Assembly (NCBI GenBank): GCA_028748925.1
Contig: JAQTPE010000002.1
Location: 1-51,591 of the forward strand
Origin: Candidatus Omnitrophota bacterium
GTDB taxonomy: Bacteria > Omnitrophota > Gorgyraeia > 2-01-FULL-45-10
Reading direction: 5' to 3'
Length of the DNA stretch: 51,591 bases
Shown here in pieces: positions 18,184-26,495 of this stretch; position 1 is the first letter of the stretch; every line of letters begins with the position of its first letter. The notes below the pieces were generated by a model. That model did no database searches and was not told the origin of the DNA. It worked only from the letters and a program-made list of their open reading frames with translations. The translations under genes were made by a program, and so were the position numbers.

Positions 18184-18212
18184 AGTATACCACAGGATCG
18201 GTATCAAGACAA
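18184..18212 (-). promoter_or_regulatory. Sigma70-like promoter for the sRNA candidate
   Basis: Minus strand: TTGTCT (18212..18207), 17-nt spacer, TGG-TATACT (extended -10; hexamer 18189..18184). The predicted start is about 7 nt downstream, at the first G of the closing stem. Confidence 0.45.
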
Positions 18213-18227
18213 ATCAAGCGGCGGCGG

Positions 18228-20294
18228 TTATCTGAGCTTTGCCCCTAAATTATTTTCGAGTGCGTTTATTATACGTGAATGTATGGCTTGTACGTCGGAA
18301 TCCTGCAGTGTCCTGTTCGGGTCCTGATATTCCAATCTGTAAGTTAGGCCGATTTTACCTTCCGGGATCTGTCCGCCGCTGTATCTATCGACAATTTCAG
18401 CGTCCTTCAATATGTTTCCGGCCGTCTCTTTAATAAGGGATACGATATCGGCGTTAGAAATATTTTTATCCGCCACTATAGATATATCCCTAATGACGGA
18501 TGGGAACTTCGGGCTCTCTCTGAACTTTTTTTCTAAAGAGATGTGTCTCATAAGTCTCGCGCAATCGATCTGGGCGGCGTAAACAGTCTCTTTTATGTCA
18601 AAATCGCGCAGAATTTTTGGGTCGACCTGTCCCATTATCCCCACCGCATCATCTTTTACGCTTATGCAAGCGCACGAGGCGGGAGAGAAGACGGGATTTA
18701 TGGCCTCTTTTACGGATACATGCTTTATTCCCATTTGGGCAAACAGCGCCTCGATAATGCCCTTGAGATCGAATAGGGTCACTCCTCTCGGATGGCCTAT
18801 CCATCCATCGTATAACTGGCCCGTGACTCCTATAGCAAGACATTTTTTTTCGATAAATGAGTTATCTCCCTCTTTAAAATAAGTCTGCCCCAGTTCAAAG
18901 AGCTTCAGGTCTTTCGACCTTCTGTTTATGTTCCATCTTATGGAACCGAGCATGCCCGCAACGAGCGCCGGTCTCATCACTTCCTGTTCATTCGAAATAG
19001 GATTTTTTATACTTATTACATTATCGCCGGACGATCTTGCCAGCTCCACTGTCTTTCTGCTTAAAAGACTGTATGTTATGATCTCGGATAATCCTAAGTT
19101 CACCAGGATGCCGCGTATATTTTTATCTATCACCGCGTCGGGAGAAAGCCTGTTACCCGGCTCTAAAACGGGCGGAATAGTCTCCGGGATATTCTCGTAG
19201 CCGTATATCCTGGCCACTTCTTCGATTATATCTATCTCATTTTGAAGATCATGCCTGAAGCCGGGAGGACTTAATCTCACTATGTTCTTTGACAACGGCT
19301 TTACCTTTAAGCCGAGAGACGTCAGGATAGACTTCGCTCTCGATGGAGAGACCGCAACGCCTATTATCTTATTCAGCCTGTCGAGCCTCAAATCTATATC
19401 CTTCAAAACCTTCTCTTCTTTACCCATGTCTATAAATTCTCCGGCCGCCCCTTCCGCCAATTCCAATATAAGCTGCGCGGCTCGGTCGGAAGCACGGACT
19501 ATATTCCCCATATCTACTCTTCTTTCGAATCTGTAGCTTGAGTCCGTGGAAAGAGCCAGTCTTCTGGATGTCCTTCTGATTGAAATAGGATCAAAATATG
19601 CGGCTTCCAATAATATATTTTTTGTCTGCGGAGAGACCTCGGTATATAACCCGCCCATAACTCCGGCTACAGCTACAGGGCTTTTGTCGTCTGCTATTAC
19701 GAGCATGTCATTATCGAGTATCCGCTCAATGCCGTCTATAGTCTTTATCTTTTCGCCTTTTGACGCCCGTCTTACTATAATAGACCGGCCGCCAAGTTTA
19801 TCGAGATCGAACGCATGCAGGGGTTCGCCGGTTTCGAAGAGACAAAAATTCGTAATATCGACTATGTTGTTTACGGATCTCAGGCCCACTGCCTCGAGCC
19901 TCTCTTTAAGCCATTTAGGCGATTCGCCGACTTTTACATTACGTATAATACGCGCGGTATATCTTGGGCAGAGTTTTTTCTCTTCGATCCTGATAGTGGC
20001 CTTTGAATTGCCGTTTACACCGCCGCGGCGGGACTGTGAAGAGCCGCATGACACCGCGACGTTGTTGGGAATCTTTAATCTCTTCCCGGTGAGAGCCCCT
20101 ACTTCGCGTGCGACGCCGATATAAGAGAGCCAGTCCGGCCTGTTCGAGGTGATCTCTATTTCCAGAACGGAATCATTGCCTTTTTTATGTATGGAATCGA
20201 CGCAGAGGCCCGCCATGGTAAGAAGCTCGCCGAGCTTCTCGGGCGACAATCTTATATCTATATACTCTTTTAACCAGTTGTATGATAATTTCAT
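18228..20294 (-). CDS. pheT: Phenylalanine--tRNA ligase beta subunit (short form lacking the B2 OB-fold domain)
   Basis: MKLSYNWLKEYIDIRLSPEKLGELLTMAGLCVDS (B1) runs directly into LEIEITSNRPDWLSYIGVAREV (B3). The B5 and FDX-ACB C-terminal regions are present. It lies adjacent to pheS. Confidence 0.9.
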   Translation of the reverse strand: MKLSYNWLKEYIDIRLSPEKLGELLTMAGLCVDSIHKKGNDSVLEIEITSNRPDWLSYIGVAREVGALTGKRLKIPNNVAVSCGSSQSRRGGVNGNSKATIRIEEKKLCPRYTARIIRNVKVGESPKWLKERLEAVGLRSVNNIVDITNFCLFETGEPLHAFDLDKLGGRSIIVRRASKGEKIKTIDGIERILDNDMLVIADDKSPVAVAGVMGGLYTEVSPQTKNILLEAAYFDPISIRRTSRRLALSTDSSYRFERRVDMGNIVRASDRAAQLILELAEGAAGEFIDMGKEEKVLKDIDLRLDRLNKIIGVAVSPSRAKSILTSLGLKVKPLSKNIVRLSPPGFRHDLQNEIDIIEEVARIYGYENIPETIPPVLEPGNRLSPDAVIDKNIRGILVNLGLSEIITYSLLSRKTVELARSSGDNVISIKNPISNEQEVMRPALVAGMLGSIRWNINRRSKDLKLFELGQTYFKEGDNSFIEKKCLAIGVTGQLYDGWIGHPRGVTLFDLKGIIEALFAQMGIKHVSVKEAINPVFSPASCACISVKDDAVGIMGQVDPKILRDFDIKETVYAAQIDCARLMRHISLEKKFRESPKFPSVIRDISIVADKNISNADIVSLIKETAGNILKDAEIVDRYSGGQIPEGKIGLTYRLEYQDPNRTLQDSDVQAIHSRIINALENNLGAKLR

Positions 20295-20295
20295 A

Positions 20296-21327
20296 TCAAA
20301 ACTGCCTCAGGAATCTGATATCATTCTCAAAAAACATCCTTATATCCGTAATGCCGTATTTTAAGATCGCGATCCTCTCCACTCCCATCCCGAAAGCGAA
20401 TCCTGTAACTTTTTCGGGATTGTACCCTACGTTCCTGAAAACTTTAGGATTGACCATACCGGCGCCCAGTATCTCTATCCATCCTTTGCCGCCGCACAGG
20501 CTGCATTTATGCGGCGCTCTCTGCGCCGCGTCCCCGGAACAGAGAATGCACGAGATGTCGACCTCTGCGCTAGGTTCGGTGAACGGAAAGAAGCTCGGCC
20601 GAAAACGCATCCTGGTATTCTCTCCGAACATCTGCCTGGCAAATAGAGTAAGCGCGCCCTTCAAATCCGAAAATCTTATATTATCGCTTACGACCAGCCC
20701 CTCAATCTGATGAAACATGAACGAGTGGGAAGCGTCTGTGGCATCCGGCCTGTAAACCTTACCGGGTATAATTATGGCAAAAGGCGGCTTATTCGTTTCC
20801 ATAAAGCGTGCCTGAACCGGCGAGGTATGGCTGCGCAACAACCATTTATCATTGAGATAGAACGTATCGAACGCGTCTCGGGACGGATGTTCTAAAGGTA
20901 TATTCAGGGCTTCGAAATTATAGTGTTCGTTCTCTATCTCCGGCCCCTCGACGACCTTAAATCCAAGCGATATGAATACACCGCAGATCTCTTCTATAGT
21001 TTTAGAGATCGGATGAAGGCGGCCGATTTCCCGAATAATGCCGGGAAGCGTGATATCCGTCTTCTGGGCTCCGGAATCACTGCCGCCCGACAAAACGGGA
21101 GTCTTTTCGTCGAGCGCTTTCGAGACGGTCTCTTTCAGCGCGTTTATGAGCTTTCCGATCTCCGCTCTGTCCGCGGGAGAGACCCCGGACATATTCTTAA
21201 AGAGCTCGGTGACTAAGCCTTTCCTGCCGAGATACTTCACCCTGGCCTTCTCCAGCGCATCGGCATCGACCGCCAGGGTTATCTCTTCGACCGCGCTCTT
21301 CTCGATCTCTCTTATCTTGTCTCTCAT
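20296..21327 (-). CDS. pheS: Phenylalanine--tRNA ligase alpha subunit
   Basis: Class II aaRS motifs: HPSRDAFDTFYL, RSHTSPVQAR, FRPSFFPFTEPSAEVD, GMGVERIAILKYGI. Confidence 0.95.
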   Translation of the reverse strand: MRDKIREIEKSAVEEITLAVDADALEKARVKYLGRKGLVTELFKNMSGVSPADRAEIGKLINALKETVSKALDEKTPVLSGGSDSGAQKTDITLPGIIREIGRLHPISKTIEEICGVFISLGFKVVEGPEIENEHYNFEALNIPLEHPSRDAFDTFYLNDKWLLRSHTSPVQARFMETNKPPFAIIIPGKVYRPDATDASHSFMFHQIEGLVVSDNIRFSDLKGALTLFARQMFGENTRMRFRPSFFPFTEPSAEVDISCILCSGDAAQRAPHKCSLCGGKGWIEILGAGMVNPKVFRNVGYNPEKVTGFAFGMGVERIAILKYGITDIRMFFENDIRFLRQF

Positions 21328-21328
21328 C

Positions 21329-21676
21329 CTACGCTTTTACCATCTCGACGAGTTTCCCGAAAACCTTATTGTCGGATACCGCCAGCTCCGCAAGCATCTT
21401 TCTATCTATAAGGATCTTCAGTTTTTTGAGTCCGCTCATGAATTTCGAATACGATATATCATGTTCTCTGCAGGCCGCATTGATACGGACTATCCATAAT
21501 GAGCGGAAGTCCCTCTTCTTTGCTTTCCTGTCCCTGAATCCATACATCCTGCCTTTGGCGACGCTCTCCATAGCTCTGCGATAAAAACGGTGCCTGCCGC
21601 CCCATTGGCCTTCGGCGGCGTTCAGTACCCGTTTTCTATGTTTCTTCGTGGCAACTGCATGTTTTACTTTTGGCAT
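21329..21676 (-). CDS. rplT: 50S ribosomal protein L20
   Basis: MPKVKHAVATKKHRKRVLNAAEGQWGGRHRFYRRA... is a typical L20 sequence, in the conserved infC-rpmI-rplT order. Confidence 0.95.
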   Translation of the reverse strand: MPKVKHAVATKKHRKRVLNAAEGQWGGRHRFYRRAMESVAKGRMYGFRDRKAKKRDFRSLWIVRINAACREHDISYSKFMSGLKKLKILIDRKMLAELAVSDNKVFGKLVEMVKA

Positions 21677-21698
21677 TTACAACCCTCCTCACTTTTTA

Positions 21699-21727
21699 AT
21701 TATGCACTATCAAGCTTCAACTATGAA
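21699..21727 (-). promoter_or_regulatory. Promoter-like copy A of a conserved ATAGT-repeat/TTGATAGTG motif, upstream of rplT
   Basis: Minus strand: TTCATA (21727..21722), 17 nt (gttgaagcTTGATAGTG), CATAAT (21704..21699), then TAAAAAGTGAGGAGG and the rplT ATG. Closely similar to 28734..28762. Confidence 0.35.
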
Positions 21728-21731
21728 CCGA

Positions 21732-21932
21732 CTATGCGCCGTAAGGCAACAGCAATCTTATTGCCGACGCGTCGGCATGTGAAACATACCCGGGCTTGCC
21801 GAGCTGCCGTTTGCGTTTCGAACTCTTACCGCCTAAAAGATGGCGCTTGCCGGTCTTAAAATGTTTTATCTTGCCTCTCTTGCTTATACGTATCCTCTTC
21901 TTGACACTTTTACTCGTCTTCAGTTTAGGCAT
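21732..21932 (-). CDS. rpmI: 50S ribosomal protein L35
   Basis: MPKLKTSKSVKKRIRISKRGKIKHFKTGKRHLL... is a typical L35 sequence. A GAGGAGAGG Shine-Dalgarno lies upstream. Confidence 0.95.
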   Translation of the reverse strand: MPKLKTSKSVKKRIRISKRGKIKHFKTGKRHLLGGKSSKRKRQLGKPGYVSHADASAIRLLLPYGA

Positions 21933-21988
21933 TTTCCTCTCCTCGTTATAGCAGCGTTTGCTGTCAGCTATCGGTCGTCGGCTTTCAG

Positions 21989-22498
21989 CTATTTTGCTCT
22001 AATAATCATATTGATAAAACGGCCTTCGAGCTTGGGGTTCTCCTCTATCTCCCCCACTCCGGAGATATCACTCGATAACTTTTCAAGGATCTTGCGCCCG
22101 AGATCTATATGCGCCATCTCCCTGCCCCTGAATATCATGGTGACTTTAACCTTGTCCCCCTTCTTAAGGAATTCGATAAGATGGTTGACTTTGAACTGGT
22201 AATCGTGCTCGCCTATCTTGGGCCCGAGCCGTATCTCTTTTATATGGACAACTTTCTGTTTCTTACGGGCCTCTTTTTCCTTTTTTTCCTGCTCATACTT
22301 AAATCTTGAATGGTCCATGATCCTGCAAACAGGGGGATTTGCCGTCGGAGCTATCTCTACAAGGTCAAGCCCAGACTCTTCGGCATTCTTTATCCCGTCC
22401 TGAACGCTCATAACACCAAGCTGATCGCCATGTTCACCGATTACCCTTATCTCTCTGGCTCTTATCCTGTGGTTTATCCTGATCTCTTTCTTAAAAAT
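21989..22498 (-). CDS. infC: Translation initiation factor IF-3 (non-ATG, probable ATT start)
   Basis: The track ORF starts at an internal Met (22411), but the frame stays open upstream and encodes (I)FKKEIRINHRIRAREIRVIGEHGDQLGV, the conserved IF-3 N-domain. ATT codons at 22498 and 22501 lie 2-5 nt after AGGGGG. An AUU start is the known autoregulatory feature of infC. Confidence 0.85.
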   Translation of the reverse strand: MFKKEIRINHRIRAREIRVIGEHGDQLGVMSVQDGIKNAEESGLDLVEIAPTANPPVCRIMDHSRFKYEQEKKEKEARKKQKVVHIKEIRLGPKIGEHDYQFKVNHLIEFLKKGDKVKVTMIFRGREMAHIDLGRKILEKLSSDISGVGEIEENPKLEGRFINMIIRAK

Positions 22499-22543
22499 AA
22501 TAACCCCCTTTCAAAATCGCGAAATAATTTTAGTCCTTCTCCG

Positions 22544-24259
22544 TTATCTAACCCTTTTTTCCTTCTCCTCTTTTATCCTCTCGATAAAGTCTCCCAGTTT
22601 CATCCTGCCTATATCGCCCTGTGCTTTGCTCCTTACCGAAATCATGCCCACAGACTCTTCCTTTTCTCCTATAACGATCATATAAGGTATCTTCTGGACT
22701 TCGGCATCGCGTATCTTCTTCTGCAGTCTTTCGTTCCGCGCGTCTATCTCTACTCTTATATCACCGGCAAAGAGCGTGCGCCATACATTTTCAGCATATA
22801 CGCCGGCCTTTTCCGATACCGGGATTATAACACACTGTACGGGCGCCAGCCAGAGAGGAAGCGCTCCCGCAAAATGTTCTATCAACGCTCCCATAAAACG
22901 TTCAAGGCTGCCTAATATAACCCTGTGCAGCATTATTGGGCGATACTCTTTTCCGTCCTGGCCTATATATTTCAGATCGAATCTTTCCGGCAGGGCAAAA
23001 TCGCACTGTATCGTCGCGCATTGCCATTCGCGTTTCAACGCATCCTTTAATTTTATATCTATTTTTGGGCCGTAAAAAGCGCCGTCGCCCTCGTTTATTT
23101 CATAGCTCAGGCTCTTTCTGTTCAATGAATCGATAAGGGCCTTTTCGGCAAGCGCCCAGTCGGCGTCGCTGCCTATAGATTTCGCCGGCCTTGTCGACAG
23201 CTCTATAGAGAAATCATCGAAACCGAACGCATTCAGTGTGTCTATGACAAAATCTATAACTTTTATGATCTCATCCTCGACCTGATCCTGAAGACAGAAT
23301 ATATGGGCATCGTCCTGCGTAAACCCGCGCACACGAAGGAGGCCGTGTAAGACGCCGGATTTCTCGTTCCTGTAAACGGTCCCAAGCTCGAATAATTTAA
23401 TCGGCAGATCTTTGTAGCTCCTGGTCTTCGATTTATAAACCATGATATGGTTGGGACAGTTCATCGGTTTGATAGCATATTCCTGATTCTCAATCTTAAA
23501 CATGTACATATTCTCTTTATAATAATCATAATGGCCGGATCTTACCCATACATCGCTCTTCAGTATGTGCGGTCCTATGACAAGCTGATATCCGCGTTTT
23601 AAATGTTCATTACGTATATACTCTTCTATGAGAGTCCTTAAGCGCGCGCCTTTAGGATGATATAAGACGAGACCGGGCCCCATTTCATCGTTCATACTGA
23701 AGTATTCAAGCTGCCTGCCGAGCACCCTATGATCCCGTTTTTTGGCTTCTTCGATAGTCTTTATATAATGTTCGAGATCTTTTTGCGTCGGGAATGCGGT
23801 GCCGTATATCCTTTGCAGCATCGGATTTGTTTCTATACCGTGCCAGTAGGCGCCGGCTATCGATAACAGCTTAAACGCTTTTATCTCGCCGGTAGACGCC
23901 ACATGCGGCCCTTTGCACAGGTCGATAAAATTGCCGTTTGAGTAAATAGATACAACGTCTCCGGGTATCTTCTCTATCAATTCCACTTTGTATGTTTCAC
24001 CCATATTTTTGAATAATTTAACGGCCTCCGCCTTCGCCATCTCCCGCCTCTCAAAAGGATAGTTCTTCTTTATTATTTCGCGCATCTTCGTCTCTATAAC
24101 CCCGAGGTCCTCCGGAGAAAAGGGCTCTTCGCGGTCGAAATCATAATAGAATCCGTCTTCGATAGATGGGCCTATGCCAAGCTTCGCATCCGGCCAAAGC
24201 TCCTTCACAGCCTGTGCCATCACGTGTGATGTACTATGTCTTAACGCGTTTAAGTCCAT
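22544..24259 (-). CDS. thrS: Threonine--tRNA ligase (lacks the N-terminal TGS domain)
   Basis: Starts directly in the editing domain (LRHSTSHVMAQAVKELWPDAKLGIGPSIEDGFYYDFD). Class II core motifs are present (HRVLGRQLEYF, FRNEKSGVLHGLLRVRGFTQDDAHIF, GPKID), as is the anticodon-binding C-terminus. Confidence 0.95.
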   Translation of the reverse strand: MDLNALRHSTSHVMAQAVKELWPDAKLGIGPSIEDGFYYDFDREEPFSPEDLGVIETKMREIIKKNYPFERREMAKAEAVKLFKNMGETYKVELIEKIPGDVVSIYSNGNFIDLCKGPHVASTGEIKAFKLLSIAGAYWHGIETNPMLQRIYGTAFPTQKDLEHYIKTIEEAKKRDHRVLGRQLEYFSMNDEMGPGLVLYHPKGARLRTLIEEYIRNEHLKRGYQLVIGPHILKSDVWVRSGHYDYYKENMYMFKIENQEYAIKPMNCPNHIMVYKSKTRSYKDLPIKLFELGTVYRNEKSGVLHGLLRVRGFTQDDAHIFCLQDQVEDEIIKVIDFVIDTLNAFGFDDFSIELSTRPAKSIGSDADWALAEKALIDSLNRKSLSYEINEGDGAFYGPKIDIKLKDALKREWQCATIQCDFALPERFDLKYIGQDGKEYRPIMLHRVILGSLERFMGALIEHFAGALPLWLAPVQCVIIPVSEKAGVYAENVWRTLFAGDIRVEIDARNERLQKKIRDAEVQKIPYMIVIGEKEESVGMISVRSKAQGDIGRMKLGDFIERIKEEKEKRVR

Positions 24260-24271
24260 ATATTATCTTGT

Positions 24272-24359
24272 TGGTGCCGAGGGTGGGATTTGAACCCACA
24301 CGCCCTTTAGGGGCAATGGATTTTAAGTCCATATCGTCTGCCAGTTCCGACACCTCGGC
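24272..24359 (-). tRNA. tRNA-Leu (anticodon UAA), CCA encoded
   Basis: Reverse complement: GCCGAGG-U-GUCGGAACUGGCAGACGAU-AUGGA-CUUAAAA-UCCAU-long variable arm-GUGGGUUCAAAUCCCAC-CCUCGGC-A-CCA. 7-bp acceptor stem, 5-bp anticodon stem, loop CUUAAAA, type II variable arm. Confidence 0.95.
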
Positions 24360-24368
24360 GCACCCTCA

Positions 24369-25127
24369 TTAGTTAAGAACTGTTTTGCTTTTAGACCATC
24401 CTTGATAAGAAAAGCAACATTCGCTTGCTAATTTTGCTTTTCTATCCATAGCTAAAGCATTCTTATAATAGCAACTATCAAAAATAGTTCTGGACGCCAT
24501 TTTACCATACTTTAATATAAACATATCTACTAGCGGTTTTTTTCTTGCTTCCCTGTGAATTCGTCCTTTTACTTTCAATAAGCATTCTATTTCTTTACAC
24601 AACCACTCCACAAAAAATAAGGAAGGCGAATATATTCTAAGGCTCCATTGTTCATTTTTGTTGGTAGGATGCGCCCATTTTCTAATACAACCGTCTCCAT
24701 CTATAACTCCTCTAAGAAAATCGGAAAAAAATTCATCCGGCACAATGACTTCATCCTGAGTTAAAGACTTGGCTGGCGTTAGTCCTAGAGATAACAAAAA
24801 ATCATACAGATTTCTATTGGCAAATTCTATTTGATAGGCTTTATTTGCCCTATCTCTGTTTTTAATGCCTATCTTATTATTTAATCCTAGTTCGCTCTTC
24901 AGCTTTATCAAATATGTTTCGTCCTTGGAAGTTATATTAATGTGCCTGCCATCGGAAGACAAGCACCCGTCGGTAGTTATTAAGCCGACTAAATACCAAA
25001 GATTCGAACCTACAATATTTAAATCTTTTCTTTTATGAAGCACCTTATTTTCATTTTCGTATATGCCATTCCACCGTTTGCCCATGCTTTTCTTACTAGT
25101 GGTGGATCCTCCAATAATTTTGCGCAT
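24369..25127 (-). CDS. Free-standing double-motif LAGLIDADG homing endonuclease-like protein
   Basis: Two dodecapeptide motifs: LWYLVGLITTDGCL and FLRGVIDGDGCI. About 30% G+C on spot-counted lines (18/60 at 24481, 19/60 at 24841), against 32/60 in thrS (23161). It lies between intact tRNA-Val and tRNA-Leu genes. Confidence 0.75.
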   Translation of the reverse strand: MRKIIGGSTTSKKSMGKRWNGIYENENKVLHKRKDLNIVGSNLWYLVGLITTDGCLSSDGRHINITSKDETYLIKLKSELGLNNKIGIKNRDRANKAYQIEFANRNLYDFLLSLGLTPAKSLTQDEVIVPDEFFSDFLRGVIDGDGCIRKWAHPTNKNEQWSLRIYSPSLFFVEWLCKEIECLLKVKGRIHREARKKPLVDMFILKYGKMASRTIFDSCYYKNALAMDRKAKLASECCFSYQGWSKSKTVLN

Positions 25128-25176
25128 ACCCCAAAATTATTGGAGAGACCTCACCAAAATTTTTCCCAAAAAATTT

Positions 25177-25253
25177 TGGTGGGCAGCACAGGGCTCGAAC
25201 CTGTGACCCCTACCATGTCAAGGTAGTACTCTAACCAACTGAGCTAGCTGCCC
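25177..25253 (-). tRNA. tRNA-Val (anticodon GAC), CCA encoded
   Basis: Reverse complement: GGGCAGC-UA-GCUCAGUUGGUUAGAGU-A-CUACC-UUGACAU-GGUAG-GGGUC-ACAGGUUCGAGCCCUGU-GCUGCCC-A-CCA. Confidence 0.95.
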
Positions 25254-25271
25254 ACATGCTTATATAATAAC

Positions 25272-25346
25272 TGGAGGCGCGGAGCGGAATCGAACCGCTG
25301 TATAAGAGTTTTGCAGACTCTCGCCTTGCCGCTTGGCCACCGCGCC
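25272..25346 (-). tRNA. tRNA-Cys (anticodon GCA), CCA encoded
   Basis: Reverse complement: GGCGCGG...AGAGU-CUGCAAA-ACUCU...GCGGUUCGAUUCCGC-UCCGCGCC-U-CCA. Acceptor pairing GGCGCGG/CCGCGCC. Confidence 0.9.
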
Positions 25347-25349
25347 GCA

Positions 25350-25820
25350 TTATCTTGGCTTGCCTTCGGTGCTATGCACCCATTCTACGGAACCATCCAC
25401 CCTGACAACATTCCGTCCAAGATTGTTATGATTGCCGTCCCGATCGTAAATTATGACTTCCGAGGGAACGGACGATTCCGATAATCCTGAAATATATTCA
25501 TAATCACTTTTGGCCGCAGTGCCTATAAATTTGCTTGCGGGGCAATCAAAGACCTTCTCTTCTTTGATATAATCCGGATAGAGGCTCCCGAGATCCGGCG
25601 GGAACGCGTCATTATGATCCGCAGCATACATATGCAGGCCTAAGCTCAAAAGACGTACGTTCGCCGAACACTTTATCATATCGGCCCTATCGCGCATCTT
25701 ATTTATGAAGGGTGTGAGCAACGCGAACGTAATCACAAAGACCGTTACTACGATCAGGAGCTCTATTAATGTAAATCCTCTTTTTGCCGCCATTATGAAA
25801 TCCCCCGAATTTACGCTCAC
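25350..25820 (-). CDS. Prepilin-type N-terminal cleavage/methylation domain protein (type II secretion/type IV pilin-like, H-X9-DG-like C-terminus)
   Basis: KRGFTLIELLIVVTVFVI is the canonical prepilin signal. The C-terminal ...DGNHNNLGRNVVRVDGSVEW resembles the H-X9-DG/DUF1559-type tail. The start may be the second Met (25793). Confidence 0.65.
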   Translation of the reverse strand: MSVNSGDFIMAAKRGFTLIELLIVVTVFVITFALLTPFINKMRDRADMIKCSANVRLLSLGLHMYAADHNDAFPPDLGSLYPDYIKEEKVFDCPASKFIGTAAKSDYEYISGLSESSVPSEVIIYDRDGNHNNLGRNVVRVDGSVEWVHSTEGKPR

Positions 25821-25856
25821 GCCCCTCTGTTCATTCGCTTACGTATCGGATAAAGC

Positions 25857-26495
25857 CTAGTGTATTCGAAGCTTCAATACCTTGTCAAGAATAATCTTGG
25901 CCAATTTTGACTTACGTTTATTGAGTATTCCCGTCCTGTTTCCGAACCTGTCTATCATAACCACATCGAGCACATTATCCCCGAAAACACTCTTTTTTGG
26001 GGTCAGTCTATTTGCTACTATGATATCCAAATTCTTGTCTTTCAGTTTTTTTAACGCGTTCTTTTCCAGGTTTTCTGTCTCGAGCGCGAATCCTACGGTT
26101 ATCCTCTTTTTTTTCAGCCTGCCAATTTCGGCCAGTATATCCGGATTTTCCACCAACTCTATATTTCTTATACCGGGCTTCTTTATCTTGCGCCTGGCAG
26201 AATATTTGGGGCGCCAATCCGCCACAGCCGCCGTCATGACCACACAGTCGGATCTTCTTATAAATTTCAAGACCGCTTTCCTCATGTCGTCTGCGCTCTC
26301 CACGGAAACTAGCTTCACTCCTTCGGGCGCCGCCAAACGCGTAGGGCCGCTCACCAAAATGACGGATAGGCCGCGCGATTTCGCTGCGCTTGCTATCTCA
26401 TACCCGATCTTCCCTGTGGAATAATTCGATATGTATCTTACCGGATCTATCTTTTCACGGGTGGGACCCGCTGTGACGAGGATATTTTTTATCAC
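25857..26495 (-). CDS. coaB: Phosphopantothenate--cysteine ligase (CoaB domain as a separate gene; GTG start)
   Basis: ILVTAGPTREKIDPVRYISNYSTGKIGYEIA...MTAAVADWRP is the CoaB half of bacterial Dfp/CoaBC. A GTGA start/stop overlap joins it to coaC. Confidence 0.85.
   Translation of the reverse strand: MIKNILVTAGPTREKIDPVRYISNYSTGKIGYEIASAAKSRGLSVILVSGPTRLAAPEGVKLVSVESADDMRKAVLKFIRRSDCVVMTAAVADWRPKYSARRKIKKPGIRNIELVENPDILAEIGRLKKKRITVGFALETENLEKNALKKLKDKNLDIIVANRLTPKKSVFGDNVLDVVMIDRFGNRTGILNKRKSKLAKIILDKVLKLRIH

Noticed and set aside
24272-25253. Possibility that the LAGLIDADG ORF is carried by a group I intron interrupting a tRNA (as in cyanobacterial tRNA-Leu-UAA).
   Set aside because: tRNA-Leu(UAA) and tRNA-Val(GAC) both fold into complete, uninterrupted cloverleaves with contiguous anticodon loops. 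The ORF occupies the intergenic spacer, and only about 60 nt of non-coding sequence remain, too little for a group I ribozyme core.
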